Notes: generated by a model not told the origin, from the sequence alone. A stretch of DNA of 64,000 nucleotides from an uncultured Planctomycetales bacterium (GCA_964438075.1 CAYTIW010000001.1:18517-82516); one strand, 5' to 3'; positions 32,576-42,340 are shown, counted from the first letter of the stretch. A program made the numbers and translations.

Positions 32576-33603
32576 TAGGCCAAAAAAGGGTAAATAAGAT
32601 GGCTGCCGGCCCGGGTAAGCCATGTCGGCATCCAGGCAGACGTCATAAACCGAGTATAAACTTTTAGGATCCTCTTTTGACTAAAGAGATATCCTTCCGG
32701 ATGAAAACCAATATGGATAATATCAAAACGCTTGGCACCGGTGCTGTCCTTAAAATGGACCAGGCCGTGCTGATCGTACCCACTGGATCCCAGATCCACA
32801 TATTCCATGCCCAAGGACTTAGCCCTCTTTATCCCTTCCCACAAAAGAAAATTATTTGAACGATATTCCAAGGCCTGAGGCGAAGAGGTGTTGATCTTAT
32901 AGTAGAGCGTGTTGCCGCATACCAGGAAAATAGTCCCGCCCACCATACTGCCGTCGGGAGCGATCCCACACAAAAGAAACCCTTTGCCTTTGGCCATATA
33001 TTCATCCCAGATCGTGCGGAAAAATCGGTACGGCTGGGCAAAAATACGATATTTGGCCTTGCGTAAATTGACATGCAGCAAATAAAACTTCATCAGATCA
33101 TCCAGCGTTCCTTCACGGCATACCAGCCCCCGGCGCTCGCCCTGCCGTACCTGGTTGCGGAAAGACCCGTCGAGCTTCTTCCACAAATGTTCCAAGTCCG
33201 GGCGTATATCCAACAAGTGGTACCGTTCCCGGCTCAGCTCATGGAAACATCCGCAATTGCGGACCTTATCGTCCCGCAGGCTGCGAACAGCTATTCGGTA
33301 TTCCGGGTAATCTTTGCGGATAGACTCAAATATCTCTCTCCAGTCCTCTTCAGAAGAGACAATGGCATCGCAATAATCGCAATATGAGAGGACACAGATC
33401 TTCCATTCCAAAAAATTACGCACCACGGTGTAGACCACACAGCTGCGCACTCGCCCGGCCTCCTCAATGTACTTCATCAAGATCCGCGGTCGGTATACCT
33501 TCTGAATGACGCGGAACCATTCCGGAGAGAAAAAAAGATTGCGCTGCAGATCAGGCAGGTGCAATTTCTCCAAAGCTTCGAAAAGCGGTAGCGTCTTGAC
33601 CAT
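32575..33603 (-). CDS. FemAB/CelD-like GNAT-fold acyl/aminoacyl transferase
   Basis: 342 aa. The C-terminal half (FLLWEGIKRAKSLGMEYVDLGSSGYDQHGLVHFKDSTGA) resembles FemAB / BioF2-like acetyltransferase domains. The assignment is from memory of the family pattern. Confidence 0.55.
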   Translation of the reverse strand: MVKTLPLFEALEKLHLPDLQRNLFFSPEWFRVIQKVYRPRILMKYIEEAGRVRSCVVYTVVRNFLEWKICVLSYCDYCDAIVSSEEDWREIFESIRKDYPEYRIAVRSLRDDKVRNCGCFHELSRERYHLLDIRPDLEHLWKKLDGSFRNQVRQGERRGLVCREGTLDDLMKFYLLHVNLRKAKYRIFAQPYRFFRTIWDEYMAKGKGFLLCGIAPDGSMVGGTIFLVCGNTLYYKINTSSPQALEYRSNNFLLWEGIKRAKSLGMEYVDLGSSGYDQHGLVHFKDSTGAKRFDIIHIGFHPEGYLFSQKRILKVYTRFMTSAWMPTWLTRAGSHLIYPFLA

Positions 33604-33607
33604 AAGC

Positions 33608-35221
33608 TTATTTCTTTTTCTTTGATTCTTCGACGATACGTACCATTAAAGGAACAACCCGGGAGAGATCATAAATTCTCAAAGATGAATACTTCTTAAT
33701 ATCATCGGACTTCAGAAAATTTATCGAATCCAGCAAATTCGTACTATGTTCGAACACAAAGCGCTCAGTCACGGCATAATTCAAATGTGGGAATATCTTT
33801 ACCGGCTCCACCCGGCTGTCGAGAAATGCCAGGTAATCTTTTAAGGGGAGCAAAAAACGCCCGCCGGTACAACTATCAACATAGGCCTGAGGCCCCAGAA
33901 CAAGATAACGGTATCCCAGAGTGTAAAACTTTAAAAGATTATCAAAATGGCCAGGCAGCGGCTTGACACTGTCTGAAGGATTAGTGTAAAGAAGCATCAC
34001 CGGCTCTTGGGCAGATAAAAACTTGGCCCCAGGCCCCTTGGACTCAATATACTCAGCCGCCTTGTAATAATCCGACCGCGCCTGGGCCAGCTGGGCCGAC
34101 CGCCCCAGCATAAGAAGCGCCATGATCCCCACCGCTGCCATCAACAAAATACGTTTAACCCCTCCCAAGGAATCATACAGATTCTTTATGATACAGGAGG
34201 CAGACAAAACATAGAAAGGCAGCATAACCGCAAGATATCTGACCCCTTTCTCATTGGTAAGAGAAAATATGATCATCTGGGCGCAAACCATCACAAAAGG
34301 CAAAAGAGAGGCCCATTGTCTTTTGTAAACTAAATAAATATTCCCAAAGAAGAACAAAGTCAATATCCAGCTTTCCAGACGGAAAAGATAATACGGATAG
34401 GAGAACAGGTTCACCCAAGCAAAAACTTCCTTGGCGGTATCTCCCTGGTGGAAGACCCAGGCAAAGATCATTACCGTATTTGCGCCATCGAACAGATCGC
34501 CTATCAATACCGCGCAGGCCATGAATACAACAACGAACCAAGAAAACTTACGCCAGTCCAACCCCTTCTTTTCTACCATGCCTATCCATAATTCCGTCAA
34601 GGCCACTAACAGGGGCATTATGCATAAACGGTAGTTCGCGAAAAAGGCCGCTCCGAACAGCATCCCTGAACAAAAGGTCTGCCAACCGAATTTCCGGGGA
34701 AAGATATAAAAATGAAAACCTGCCAGGACCAAAAAAATGCTCACTGACTCTTGCAGCCCGCTTCTCGAATAAAAAACATGTCCCGGGAGCAAGGAGAACA
34801 ATGAGACCGCTAACAACGCCACAGGCGTTGAGCCGGAAAACCTGCGGGCAAAAAGAAAAAATAAAGGGAGGGATAAAAGGCCGAACGCACAGGCCATGAC
34901 CTTGCCGAACTCCCAATCCGATAAAGCCCCCCACAAGAAACGCGAATCGACGATAAAGAACCATAATGATTTACCGCTCGACAAAGCCAGACGCGAGTAA
35001 TGCTCAAAAGCCCGCCATGCATCAGCCGGACTCATAGGGCTATGAGCTTGAATGAATTCAAGAACGGCCCTGTTGTGATTTAAATAAAGCCCCTCATCGT
35101 AAAAGAAGAACCCGCTGCCGCGGAGATTGTAGACACGCAGGACTATCCCGCACAAAATTGCCACCGAGAAGATAGCTATGAAAATCCGTTGAGATATGGA
35201 AAGACGCTTAAAGAATGACAT
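33608..35221 (-). CDS. GT-C fold glycosyltransferase (ArnT/PMT-like, family 39/83-like); the track ORF extends to 35281
   Basis: Polytopic protein with YNLRGSGFFFYDEGLY (acidic DE motif in the first loop), about 12 hydrophobic helices and a soluble C-terminal domain. The preferred ATG at 35221 (MSFFKRLS) lies 9 nt after the GT2 stop. Confidence 0.7.
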   Translation of the reverse strand: MSFFKRLSISQRIFIAIFSVAILCGIVLRVYNLRGSGFFFYDEGLYLNHNRAVLEFIQAHSPMSPADAWRAFEHYSRLALSSGKSLWFFIVDSRFLWGALSDWEFGKVMACAFGLLSLPLFFLFARRFSGSTPVALLAVSLFSLLPGHVFYSRSGLQESVSIFLVLAGFHFYIFPRKFGWQTFCSGMLFGAAFFANYRLCIMPLLVALTELWIGMVEKKGLDWRKFSWFVVVFMACAVLIGDLFDGANTVMIFAWVFHQGDTAKEVFAWVNLFSYPYYLFRLESWILTLFFFGNIYLVYKRQWASLLPFVMVCAQMIIFSLTNEKGVRYLAVMLPFYVLSASCIIKNLYDSLGGVKRILLMAAVGIMALLMLGRSAQLAQARSDYYKAAEYIESKGPGAKFLSAQEPVMLLYTNPSDSVKPLPGHFDNLLKFYTLGYRYLVLGPQAYVDSCTGGRFLLPLKDYLAFLDSRVEPVKIFPHLNYAVTERFVFEHSTNLLDSINFLKSDDIKKYSSLRIYDLSRVVPLMVRIVEESKKKK

Positions 35222-35229
35222 GGCACGAA

Positions 35230-35943
35230 TTATTTCCGGATGCCCAATCCCAGGTAAACCAAAGGACGCAGTATGCTCCACCAGCCGGTGATCGGCTTCA
35301 TTTTCGTATACCCCTGAGCTTTAGGAGGATATATCTTTACGACCGGGACTTCCCTGTAACGGAACCCCAACTGTATGATCTTATAAAACAGATACGGTTC
35401 AAGTTCGTAGCGGTCCAGCCAATCCTGATACAGGTCAATCCGTTTGTCGTCCAGTACGGATAAACGCACGGCCCTGAATCCGTTAGTACTGTCCGTAATA
35501 CGCGTTTTGGTTATCAGAGAAAAAAGCCATGGGTGCACAAAACGCGTCGCTATCACACGATAAAAAGGCATCTGTCCGTAACCGCCTCCGGGAAGATAAC
35601 GCGACCCCTGGACCAGATCACAGCCTTCTTCGAACGCATCCCTGAGCTTATAAATATCCTCTGGGGTATCCTTGTTATTACCAGCCACGAAGAATACAGC
35701 CTGGTAACCTTTCTCCTTAGCATAGAAAAGTATCCGGCGGACGCTATAACCAGCCCCCATGTTCTTTTCGTTCTTTAGGGTGTGGATGTGTTCGTTCCGT
35801 GGCAATTTCCCGATCGAGCCATCTGTCGATCCGTCGTCCAGTATAAGAACATCGTACAATGAGTAATCCGAAAAGCGACGGACGACTTCCAGGATCTTCT
35901 CACCTTCATTAAAGGTGCTGATTCCCAAAATATATTTGTTCAT
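35230..35943 (-). CDS. family 2 glycosyltransferase (polyprenyl-phosphate sugar synthase-like)
   Basis: ILGISTFNEGEKI...VLILDDGSTDGS...GAGYSV...GSRYL, the classic GT2 DxD/ED pattern. Confidence 0.8.
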   Translation of the reverse strand: MNKYILGISTFNEGEKILEVVRRFSDYSLYDVLILDDGSTDGSIGKLPRNEHIHTLKNEKNMGAGYSVRRILFYAKEKGYQAVFFVAGNNKDTPEDIYKLRDAFEEGCDLVQGSRYLPGGGYGQMPFYRVIATRFVHPWLFSLITKTRITDSTNGFRAVRLSVLDDKRIDLYQDWLDRYELEPYLFYKIIQLGFRYREVPVVKIYPPKAQGYTKMKPITGWWSILRPLVYLGLGIRK

Positions 35944-36086
35944 GAAACCTCTTGAGTGGAAAATTTGTTTTATTATACCTTCCGGGTATCACTATGTCAG
36001 ATTAATTTTAAAATGTTGCATCGTATGCGAAGCTACCGTTGACAGTCATGAACCAGGCATGCGGAACTGGACCGATCTCAAGGATA

Positions 36087-36512
36087 TTACTGGCTCTGCT
36101 GTGGGGGAGGGCCGAGCGGACTAACCGTGAACTTGCGCGATATCAATAGAGCATCGTCACAATAGAGCTCCAGGCGATATTCTCCGAACTCAGGAACGGT
36201 CAGGCCGGCGATATCGAGGGAAATCTCCACCACCTGGCTCCTTTCCTGGAACTGGATATTACCGCGAGTTTCTCCGATAACAAGGTTATCCGAAGAACGA
36301 ACACATTTCAAAGCACAGGTGTAGTCACCGATCCCTTCCGTCATGGATATAAAGACGCAAAAACGATTAAGCAGACAAGGGATCTGCAGTGTCGAAACAT
36401 TGCTGAACATACCGATAAGAGACTTCTTACTGGTCTTTTTATCTTCTATGATCATATCGCATACGACCATGCTTAGGGGCAGAGGAAGAGGTTTCTTTAC
36501 CATAGGTATCAC
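36087..36512 (-). CDS. hypothetical protein (141 aa), beta-rich, Pro/Gln tail
   Basis: The ATG overlaps the arfB-like stop (ATGA). No motif assigned with confidence. Confidence 0.5.
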   Translation of the reverse strand: MIPMVKKPLPLPLSMVVCDMIIEDKKTSKKSLIGMFSNVSTLQIPCLLNRFCVFISMTEGIGDYTCALKCVRSSDNLVIGETRGNIQFQERSQVVEISLDIAGLTVPEFGEYRLELYCDDALLISRKFTVSPLGPPPQQSQ

Positions 36513-36877
36513 TCCATATTTATACTGACAACGCGTCTTTGGGCTTTTTTATTGGAACGGCGTTTCTTGGATTCCAGCATCCGCTGTTTGGATGCCTCCG
36601 AACGCCGGCGATTACGCCGGCGCCGCTTTTCACGAGCGGCGACGATCTCCCGGGCGGCCTTCTCTTCCTTGCGCAGAACAGCCGATGCCAGCATTTTTCG
36701 GGCCAACATACGATTTTGATACTGGGTACGATATCTTTGACACTTGATCAAAATACCTGTCGGACGATGTCGCAGGCAGACCGCGGTGGCTACTTTGTTG
36801 ACATTCTGGCCTCCGGGACCTGACGCTCGGACAAAAATCTCTTCAATATCTGTTTCGCGGATATCTGCAGTACACAT
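36509..36877 (-). CDS. arfB: peptidyl-tRNA hydrolase ArfB-like (GGQ domain plus basic tail); start re-trimmed to ATG 36877
   Basis: [21 protein letters not shown] motif, followed by a Lys/Arg-rich C-terminal tail ([33 protein letters not shown]). The ATG lies 2 nt after the prmA stop. Confidence 0.75.
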   Translation of the reverse strand: MCTADIRETDIEEIFVRASGPGGQNVNKVATAVCLRHRPTGILIKCQRYRTQYQNRMLARKMLASAVLRKEEKAAREIVAAREKRRRRNRRRSEASKQRMLESKKRRSNKKAQRRVVSINME

Positions 36878-36879
36878 CA

Positions 36880-37776
36880 CTATATGATCTTGCTCTGATA
36901 AACAAGGGCCGCCCACTCACGGCCCCGGGGTTCCTCGCGCAATGTCAACCCTGGCAAGGCAAAAGCTTTTTTGACCATCGATAGTCTTTTGAGCGATATG
37001 CCCGAAATAACTAAGGTACCGCCCGGATTGACGAATGAAACTATCCTATCCCTGAGATCGACCAGATCCGCCGACACCAAATTTGCCGCTACCAAGTGGA
37101 AAGGCCTACTGAAACGAAAACCCCTGACGTCTGCGACCTTCAAGCGGCATGAGAGGCGATTTGCCTTGATATTATCCCTTGCCGCCCTGACGGCAGCGGG
37201 ATCGATATCAAAAGCCACCGCTCTTCTGGCGCCGCACTTCAGAGCAACAATCGTTAGAATACCCGTTCCTGTACCTACGTCAAGGAATGAATCGAACTTT
37301 CCTCTCCTTCTTTCTATCACCTCCGCTACAAGACGGGTTGTCTCGTGTAAACCGGTACCGAAAGCATTGGTAGTTTCTATAAAAACAGGCTCTTTGCCGG
37401 CCGGGATAGTTCTTTTCCGCTGCCATAATGGGATCACATGGAAGCGTTTAGTCAAGGCGAATGGGCGCCACCCTTTCTTCCAACGGGAAGACCAATCAGT
37501 CTCTCTGTGTTTCTTGATATAGACACTGGCTCCGCGCAGTTTCAGCGACCTGATCCGCGAACAGAACCGATAAGCCTTTCGCTTGCCTTTAACATAAAAA
37601 CAATACCTCATCCCGGACCTGTCGTTCTGCTCGACAAGTTCGGTCATGACAAAACCCTGTCCTGCCAAAAGTGGTCGGATCGCTTCGCCTTTAAGCTTGT
37701 TAGAATCAAATCTTACGCCGACTTCATAAATGACTTTACTGGACATTTCTCCACCGCGCTTCCACCAACCTGCCAA
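36880..37776 (-). CDS. prmA: ribosomal protein L11 methyltransferase
   Basis: [25 protein letters not shown] and AFDIDPAAV motifs. Confidence 0.85.
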   Translation of the reverse strand: MAGWWKRGGEMSSKVIYEVGVRFDSNKLKGEAIRPLLAGQGFVMTELVEQNDRSGMRYCFYVKGKRKAYRFCSRIRSLKLRGASVYIKKHRETDWSSRWKKGWRPFALTKRFHVIPLWQRKRTIPAGKEPVFIETTNAFGTGLHETTRLVAEVIERRRGKFDSFLDVGTGTGILTIVALKCGARRAVAFDIDPAAVRAARDNIKANRLSCRLKVADVRGFRFSRPFHLVAANLVSADLVDLRDRIVSFVNPGGTLVISGISLKRLSMVKKAFALPGLTLREEPRGREWAALVYQSKII

Positions 37777-37861
37777 CTTTTATACATAACCGTTAAGCTT
37801 TCGCCTTATTCTTGCGACGTAAACGAACCTCCCCGCCTTAAGGCAGCGGTTATGCCCTGAT

Positions 37862-37892
37862 AATAAAAAACCTGCCCAAAAAAGGCAGGTTT
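37862..37892 (-). terminator. intrinsic terminator after cspA
   Basis: The minus strand reads AAACCTGCC-7 nt-GGCAGGTTT followed by TTTTATTA. It sits 22 nt after the stop. Confidence 0.75.
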
Positions 37893-37913
37893 CTTATAAG
37901 CTATCAGTTCGCT

Positions 37914-38135
37914 TTATAATTTAATGACATTCTGCGCCATGTCCCCCTTGGGCCCCTGCACTAGCTCGAACTCGACATCTTGGCTGGTAGTCAATGTTTT
38001 ATAACCCTCGCCTTGTATCGCCGAATAATGCACAAAGACATCCCTTCCTTCTTCCCCCTCAGGATTCAAAAAACCATACCCTTTCTGGTTATTGAACCAC
38101 TTGACTTTCCCTCTAGTGAGAACTTTGATCGCCAT
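37914..38135 (-). CDS. cspA: cold-shock protein (CspA family)
   Basis: [15 protein letters not shown] (RNP1) and DVFVHYSAI (RNP2). AGGAGG-type RBS. Confidence 0.95.
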   Translation of the reverse strand: MAIKVLTRGKVKWFNNQKGYGFLNPEGEEGRDVFVHYSAIQGEGYKTLTTSQDVEFELVQGPKGDMAQNVIKL

Positions 38136-38328
38136 ACCCCCTCCTTCTGACTAGAGATCGATGGTGCTCGACCTCATGTTACCCCATCCGCCGAGGCGGA
38201 TCATCTGCAACCCATTGTTCCTGCCATGCCCGTTTCGCTAACAGAAATAAAAAGGCCGCGGGGATCAATTCCCAGCGGCCTTATACCTAACGTTTTATTA
38301 TTGCAAGAAACATCCGCATCCTCATTAC
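38136..38328 (-). promoter_or_regulatory. long (about 190 nt) cspA 5' leader
   Basis: Region between the consensus promoter and the cspA ATG. It contains a terminator-like hairpin (38244-38282) and a 6-bp hairpin with a CUCG loop (38186-38201). Confidence 0.5.
38244..38282 (-). terminator. intrinsic-terminator-like hairpin inside the cspA leader (also ends hflKC read-through)
   Basis: The minus strand reads AAGGCCGC-T-GGG, a 7-nt loop, CCC-C-GCGGCCTT (one mismatch), followed by TTTATTTCT. Confidence 0.55.
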
Positions 38329-38334
38329 AATTTA

Positions 38335-38363
38335 ATTATAAGAACGCGACAAAAAAGTGTCAA
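38335..38363 (-). promoter_or_regulatory. perfect-consensus sigma70 promoter upstream of cspA
   Basis: The minus strand reads TTGACA (38363-38358), exactly 17 nt, then TATAAT (38340-38335). Confidence 0.65.
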
Positions 38364-38474
38364 CCACTTACCAAACTTTTATCTGAAAGCAACAATCCTG
38401 AGGTCGTATTTCCCCAAGGCGCTAAAAATCCCTCCAAATTAAAAGCGATGCCACGGATAACCCATCAACCTTCA

Positions 38475-39464
38475 TCATTGTGGTTTGCGCATAGTCTTCA
38501 AGAGACCGAACAGATCGCTATCGGTAGAGATCATGATAGTGGTGTTGGCATCGATCGACTCACGATATGTTTCCAAGGTCTTCAGGAAACCATAAAACTC
38601 TGGATCGCGGTTATATGCCTCGGCATAAACTTTCACTGCCTGCGCGTCAGCGTTGCCGATTATCTCCTGTGCCTTACGGTAGGCCTCGGAACGAATCTGT
38701 TCCAACTCACGGGCCATTTTACCCTCGATCTCGGCCTTGTTCCCCTGCCCCATCGAACGATATTGTTCGGCCGCTCGTTTACGTTCGGATATCATACGCT
38801 CGTAGACCTTGCGCAAGACGTCCTGGACATAATTTATCCTGCGTATCCTTATATCGATGAGCTCAATGCCGAACTCCTGCAGCCTGGGCTGGGCGCGCTT
38901 GATGATGTCGCGCGTCAAGAGGTCGCGGCCGTATTTGACAGGCTCCAAAGCAGCCTCATCATTGCTTATGACATCAAGGTCAGCCTGATTCCGCCCCTGC
39001 TCTTTCAAGCGGGTCACAATATCGTTGGTGTTGCGTATGACCTCGACCAAGTTGTGACCGGATATGACATCCCTTGTCGATGCGTCGAGAATGTCATCCA
39101 ATCGCGCATGAGCCACTGTTTCGTTACCGAAAGACTGCAAGAACTTCAACGGGTCCTTGATGCGCCAACGAGCGGTAGTGTCGACCCAGATATAACGTTT
39201 GTCCAGGGTCGGTATCTGGTTCGGTTCGCCGTCCCATTCCAAGATTCGCTTATCGAAACGATTAACTTCCTGAATGAAAGGTGTTTTGACATACAATCCG
39301 GCCTGTTTGATCGCCTGGCCGATCGGTTGGCCAAACTGCGTGATTATGACCTGTTGGGTTTCATCCACAGTATAAAAAACGCCGGTGATTGCCAGAAGAA
39401 GCGTGATCAAGAAACCTATAGCTAGGGAGGTTATCAGTCGGCTCATGTTATTTCCCCCCTTCAT
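38475..39464 (-). CDS. hflC: protease modulator HflC (SPFH/band 7)
   Basis: N-terminal TM helix, then VDETQQVIITQFGQP...GLYVKTPFIQEV and an SPFH core. Directly follows hflK with a 17-nt overlap. Confidence 0.88.
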   Translation of the reverse strand: MKGGNNMSRLITSLAIGFLITLLLAITGVFYTVDETQQVIITQFGQPIGQAIKQAGLYVKTPFIQEVNRFDKRILEWDGEPNQIPTLDKRYIWVDTTARWRIKDPLKFLQSFGNETVAHARLDDILDASTRDVISGHNLVEVIRNTNDIVTRLKEQGRNQADLDVISNDEAALEPVKYGRDLLTRDIIKRAQPRLQEFGIELIDIRIRRINYVQDVLRKVYERMISERKRAAEQYRSMGQGNKAEIEGKMARELEQIRSEAYRKAQEIIGNADAQAVKVYAEAYNRDPEFYGFLKTLETYRESIDANTTIMISTDSDLFGLLKTMRKPQ

Positions 39465-40443
39465 TCATGTTCAGCAATGGGAGCACTGCAGGCGCGCCTT
39501 TGCTGTCGAATATATATTTCTTACCCGCCTTGGGCAGCACTTCCTGCAGCGTCTCAAAATACAATCGCCTATCGGTTATATCCTTAGAAGCCTTATAGGC
39601 CTCCCAAGTAGCAATGAATTTGGACGCATCGCCTTTAGCGCGGTTGACCCTTTTTATGGCGTAACCCTCCGCCTCCCCGATAGTTTTTTCCGCCTCACCT
39701 TTGGCACGCGGGATGACCTTGTTGTACGCCTCCCAAGCCTGGTTCACCACCTTTTCCATTTCCTGCTTCGCCTCGTTCACCTCGTTGAACGATGCCTTTA
39801 CCGCATCCGGGGGATTAACATCCTGCAATATGATCGACTGTATCTGTATCCCCGAGTCGTAAGAATCAAGTATCATCTGCAACTTGCTTTGCACCTCAGC
39901 GTCGATATCCATGCGGCGGGTCGTCAAAGCCTCCGTCACTGAATTGTCCCCTATCGCCTGGCGCATGACCGACTCGGTGATGTCGCGGATGATAGCCCTG
40001 GCATCACGGACATTGAAGAGCAGCTTGACCGGGTCCTTGATCTTGAATTGGACCACCCAGGTGACTTCGAGCACGTTAATGTCACCCGTGAGCATCAATG
40101 ACTCGTCCTCAAACTTCCTCTGATCGTACTCGCTCTGAACAGCCGACCGGGTGGTACGGAACCCGAACTCTTCTTTCATGACGCGTTGCACCTTGACTAT
40201 ATTAAGTTGCTCGATATTAAAGGGGAATTTCCAGTGCAGGCCGGGCTGTTCGGTCCGCATATACTTGCCAAAACGACGTATAACTCCGACTTCATCTGGC
40301 CCGACAGAATAGAAGCTGGAAAAAACAAAAGCCAAAAGAACTATACCGCCCACGATAAAAGGTATTGCATGGTTCATCTGTTCCAGGTTCCGTCGCCCAT
40401 GGCGCAATAATTCTTCGGGCGTGTCTGGGATGTGGAATGCCAT
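39448..40443 (-). CDS. hflK: protease modulator HflK (SPFH/band 7)
   Basis: TM helix, then VGPDEVGVIRRFGKYMRTEQPGLHWKFPF and a C-terminal coiled region (ILQDVNPPDAVKASFNEVNEAKQE). Confidence 0.88.
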   Translation of the reverse strand: MAFHIPDTPEELLRHGRRNLEQMNHAIPFIVGGIVLLAFVFSSFYSVGPDEVGVIRRFGKYMRTEQPGLHWKFPFNIEQLNIVKVQRVMKEEFGFRTTRSAVQSEYDQRKFEDESLMLTGDINVLEVTWVVQFKIKDPVKLLFNVRDARAIIRDITESVMRQAIGDNSVTEALTTRRMDIDAEVQSKLQMILDSYDSGIQIQSIILQDVNPPDAVKASFNEVNEAKQEMEKVVNQAWEAYNKVIPRAKGEAEKTIGEAEGYAIKRVNRAKGDASKFIATWEAYKASKDITDRRLYFETLQEVLPKAGKKYIFDSKGAPAVLPLLNMNEGGK

Positions 40444-40469
40444 GTCATTTCCTTTCGGTTATACGTTTT

Positions 40470-41216
40470 TTACTTGGCCTTGCCCTGATTGGCCACTGAG
40501 GCCATGGCGGCCTGTATCTTGGCCTGATCTCCGAGGTAATAATTCCTTATCGGCTTCAAGTTCGCATCAAGCTCATAAACTAAAGGTATTCCCGTGGGGA
40601 TGTTGAGAGATACGATGTCCTTCTCAGAGACATTGTCCAGATGCTTGACCAGAGCCCTGAGACTGTTCCCGTGGGCAGCGATTACCACCTTCCTACCGGA
40701 TTTAATAATCGGCGCAACGGTCTTTTCCCAATAAGGCAGAACGCGGGCAACAGTGGCCTTGAGATCCTCAGTCAGAGGCAATTCTTGAGCTGATAATTCT
40801 TTGTACCGCGGATCATTACCAGGATAGCGAGGATCACCCTTTTCCAGTTTGGGAGGAGGCACATCGTAGCTACGGCGCCAGGTATGAACTTGCTCTTCGC
40901 CGTATTTCTGGGCCATCTCAGACTTGTTAAGCCCCTGCAGGCCGCCGTAATGCCGCTCATTCAGACGCCAGGACTTCTCTACCGGGATCCACAAAAGATC
41001 TAACTGCTCCTGGACCAGCCATAGAGTCCGGATGGCTCTTTTCAATACCGAAGTGAAGGCGATATCGAAGGTAAAACCTTGTGATTTAAGTAGTTTACCT
41101 CCCTCTATTGCTTCCTGGATCCCCTTCTCAGAAAGATCGACGTCGGTCCAACCGGTAAAACGGTTCTCCTTGTTCCAAACGCTCTCTCCATGTCTGATAA
41201 GCACTATTTTGAACAT
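40470..41216 (-). CDS. gpmA: 2,3-bisphosphoglycerate-dependent phosphoglycerate mutase
   Basis: [27 protein letters not shown] and the RHYG...[10 protein letters not shown] histidine phosphatase motifs. Confidence 0.95.
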   Translation of the reverse strand: MFKIVLIRHGESVWNKENRFTGWTDVDLSEKGIQEAIEGGKLLKSQGFTFDIAFTSVLKRAIRTLWLVQEQLDLLWIPVEKSWRLNERHYGGLQGLNKSEMAQKYGEEQVHTWRRSYDVPPPKLEKGDPRYPGNDPRYKELSAQELPLTEDLKATVARVLPYWEKTVAPIIKSGRKVVIAAHGNSLRALVKHLDNVSEKDIVSLNIPTGIPLVYELDANLKPIRNYYLGDQAKIQAAMASVANQGKAK

Positions 41217-41245
41217 GTTCTTTGAATATCCTTTCTTATTTATCG

Positions 41246-41285
41246 AGATATAAAGAACGGGACTTTAAAGATCCAAGTCCCGTTC
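41246..41285 (-). terminator. possible terminator after the 87-aa ORF
   Basis: GAACGGGAC-13 nt-GTCCCGTTC (41255-41285). On the minus strand it is followed by a weak T-tract (TTTATATC). Confidence 0.4.
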
Positions 41286-41313
41286 CTGTTGCCACACAAG
41301 ATATTAGGAAGTT

Positions 41314-41577
41314 TTACTTCTTGCCGTTCTTCTTGGGGTCTTTGCAACACTTGGGCAAATGGTGTGCGACCCAGGCAGAAGCATATTTTTGGAACCAGTC
41401 ATCGGCAGCTTTATCAAACCCGATGTCGTAGCCTTGCATTTCGCTCTGAAGCCATTTATGACGGTTGATCTCTTCCACAACTTCTTTTACCTGAAGCAGT
41501 TTTTCGCGATCAATCACGGCATCACCCTTTCTGTAACATGTTGATTGTATTCTAACTACACATGTTTTCTTCGTCAA
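41314..41577 (-). CDS. hypothetical small protein (87 aa from a TTG start; a GTG start giving 66 aa is also possible)
   Basis: Contains INRHKWLQSEMQGYDIGFDKAADDW, a motif I associate (from memory) with a DUF4032-like helix pair. Lys-rich tail with a CC pair. Confidence 0.45.
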   Translation of the reverse strand: MTKKTCVVRIQSTCYRKGDAVIDREKLLQVKEVVEEINRHKWLQSEMQGYDIGFDKAADDWFQKYASAWVAHHLPKCCKDPKKNGKK

Positions 41578-41785
41578 ACAAAAACTTCAGGAGTATTGAG
41601 CAGGCTTTCGTGAAACTCTAAAAATACTACTTTATCCCTGTTATTCCCGCCGGAAAATGGCTTCCCTTATCAATCCCACAACAAAAAAATATCAGACTGT
41701 TTGTTAAAATCCACGGATAGATGAATGGACGTGCTGATCAAATCGGCATCATTGCGAAGCGCGCATCCACAAGTAGAGATAAAAC

Positions 41786-42340
41786 TTATGACCTGGACAA
41801 GGCCACCTTGAGCTGAAAAGCCGCTATGCCGAAGGCAACCGCTACATTCAATGAATTCTTGACTCCCGTCATGTCGATCTCCACGACGGCATCGGCCAAG
41901 CTAAAAACTTCATCATTAACGCCGTCCACCTCGTTACCGATGACCAGACAGATCGGGCTCGCCGGGAGGAACTTCTCTATCGGCACGCTCCCTGAGGCCT
42001 GCTCCATGACCACGATCTGGCAACCTTCACGTTTTAAGCGACGGACCACCTCGAAGGCGCTTCGGTGGTACTCCCATAAGACATTCTGCTCGGCGCCCAA
42101 AGCCGTCTTGGAGATCCCGCCCTGCGGCGGGTATCCGGTTATGCCGCACAGCCACAACTTGCGCACACCCACGCCATCCGACGTGCGAAATATAGAACCC
42201 ACATTCTCTAAGCTGCGAATATTGTCGAGTACCACCTCGACCGGAAGGCGCGGATAACGTGACTTGCCAATTTGACGGGAAATTATCTCGGCGTGAGTCA
42301 GCTTGCGTGCGCAAGAATGGGATTCAGAACTTGCGGCCAT
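41786..42340 (-). CDS. SpoU/TrmH family RNA 2'-O-methyltransferase
   Basis: LDNIRSLENVGSIFRTSDGVGV, LVIGNEVDGV and NSLNVAVAFGIAAFQL (SPOUT motifs 1-3). Confidence 0.85.
   Translation of the reverse strand: MAASSESHSCARKLTHAEIISRQIGKSRYPRLPVEVVLDNIRSLENVGSIFRTSDGVGVRKLWLCGITGYPPQGGISKTALGAEQNVLWEYHRSAFEVVRRLKREGCQIVVMEQASGSVPIEKFLPASPICLVIGNEVDGVNDEVFSLADAVVEIDMTGVKNSLNVAVAFGIAAFQLKVALSRS

Noticed and set aside
38226-39425. Long plus-strand ORF (399 aa) opposite hflC. There are similar long antisense ORFs at 45-596 (opposite trxB), 2967-3572 (opposite the 608-aa gene), 13366-13953 (feoB), 20416-21303 (atpA) and 54083-54868 (trpB).
   Set aside because: Each is in exact codon phase with the real gene on the other strand (start coordinates are congruent mod 3). 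In that phase, antisense stops arise only from sense TTA/CTA/TCA codons, which these genes rarely use. The translations are low-complexity and motif-free, whereas the opposite-strand products carry unmistakable family motifs. They are shadow ORFs.
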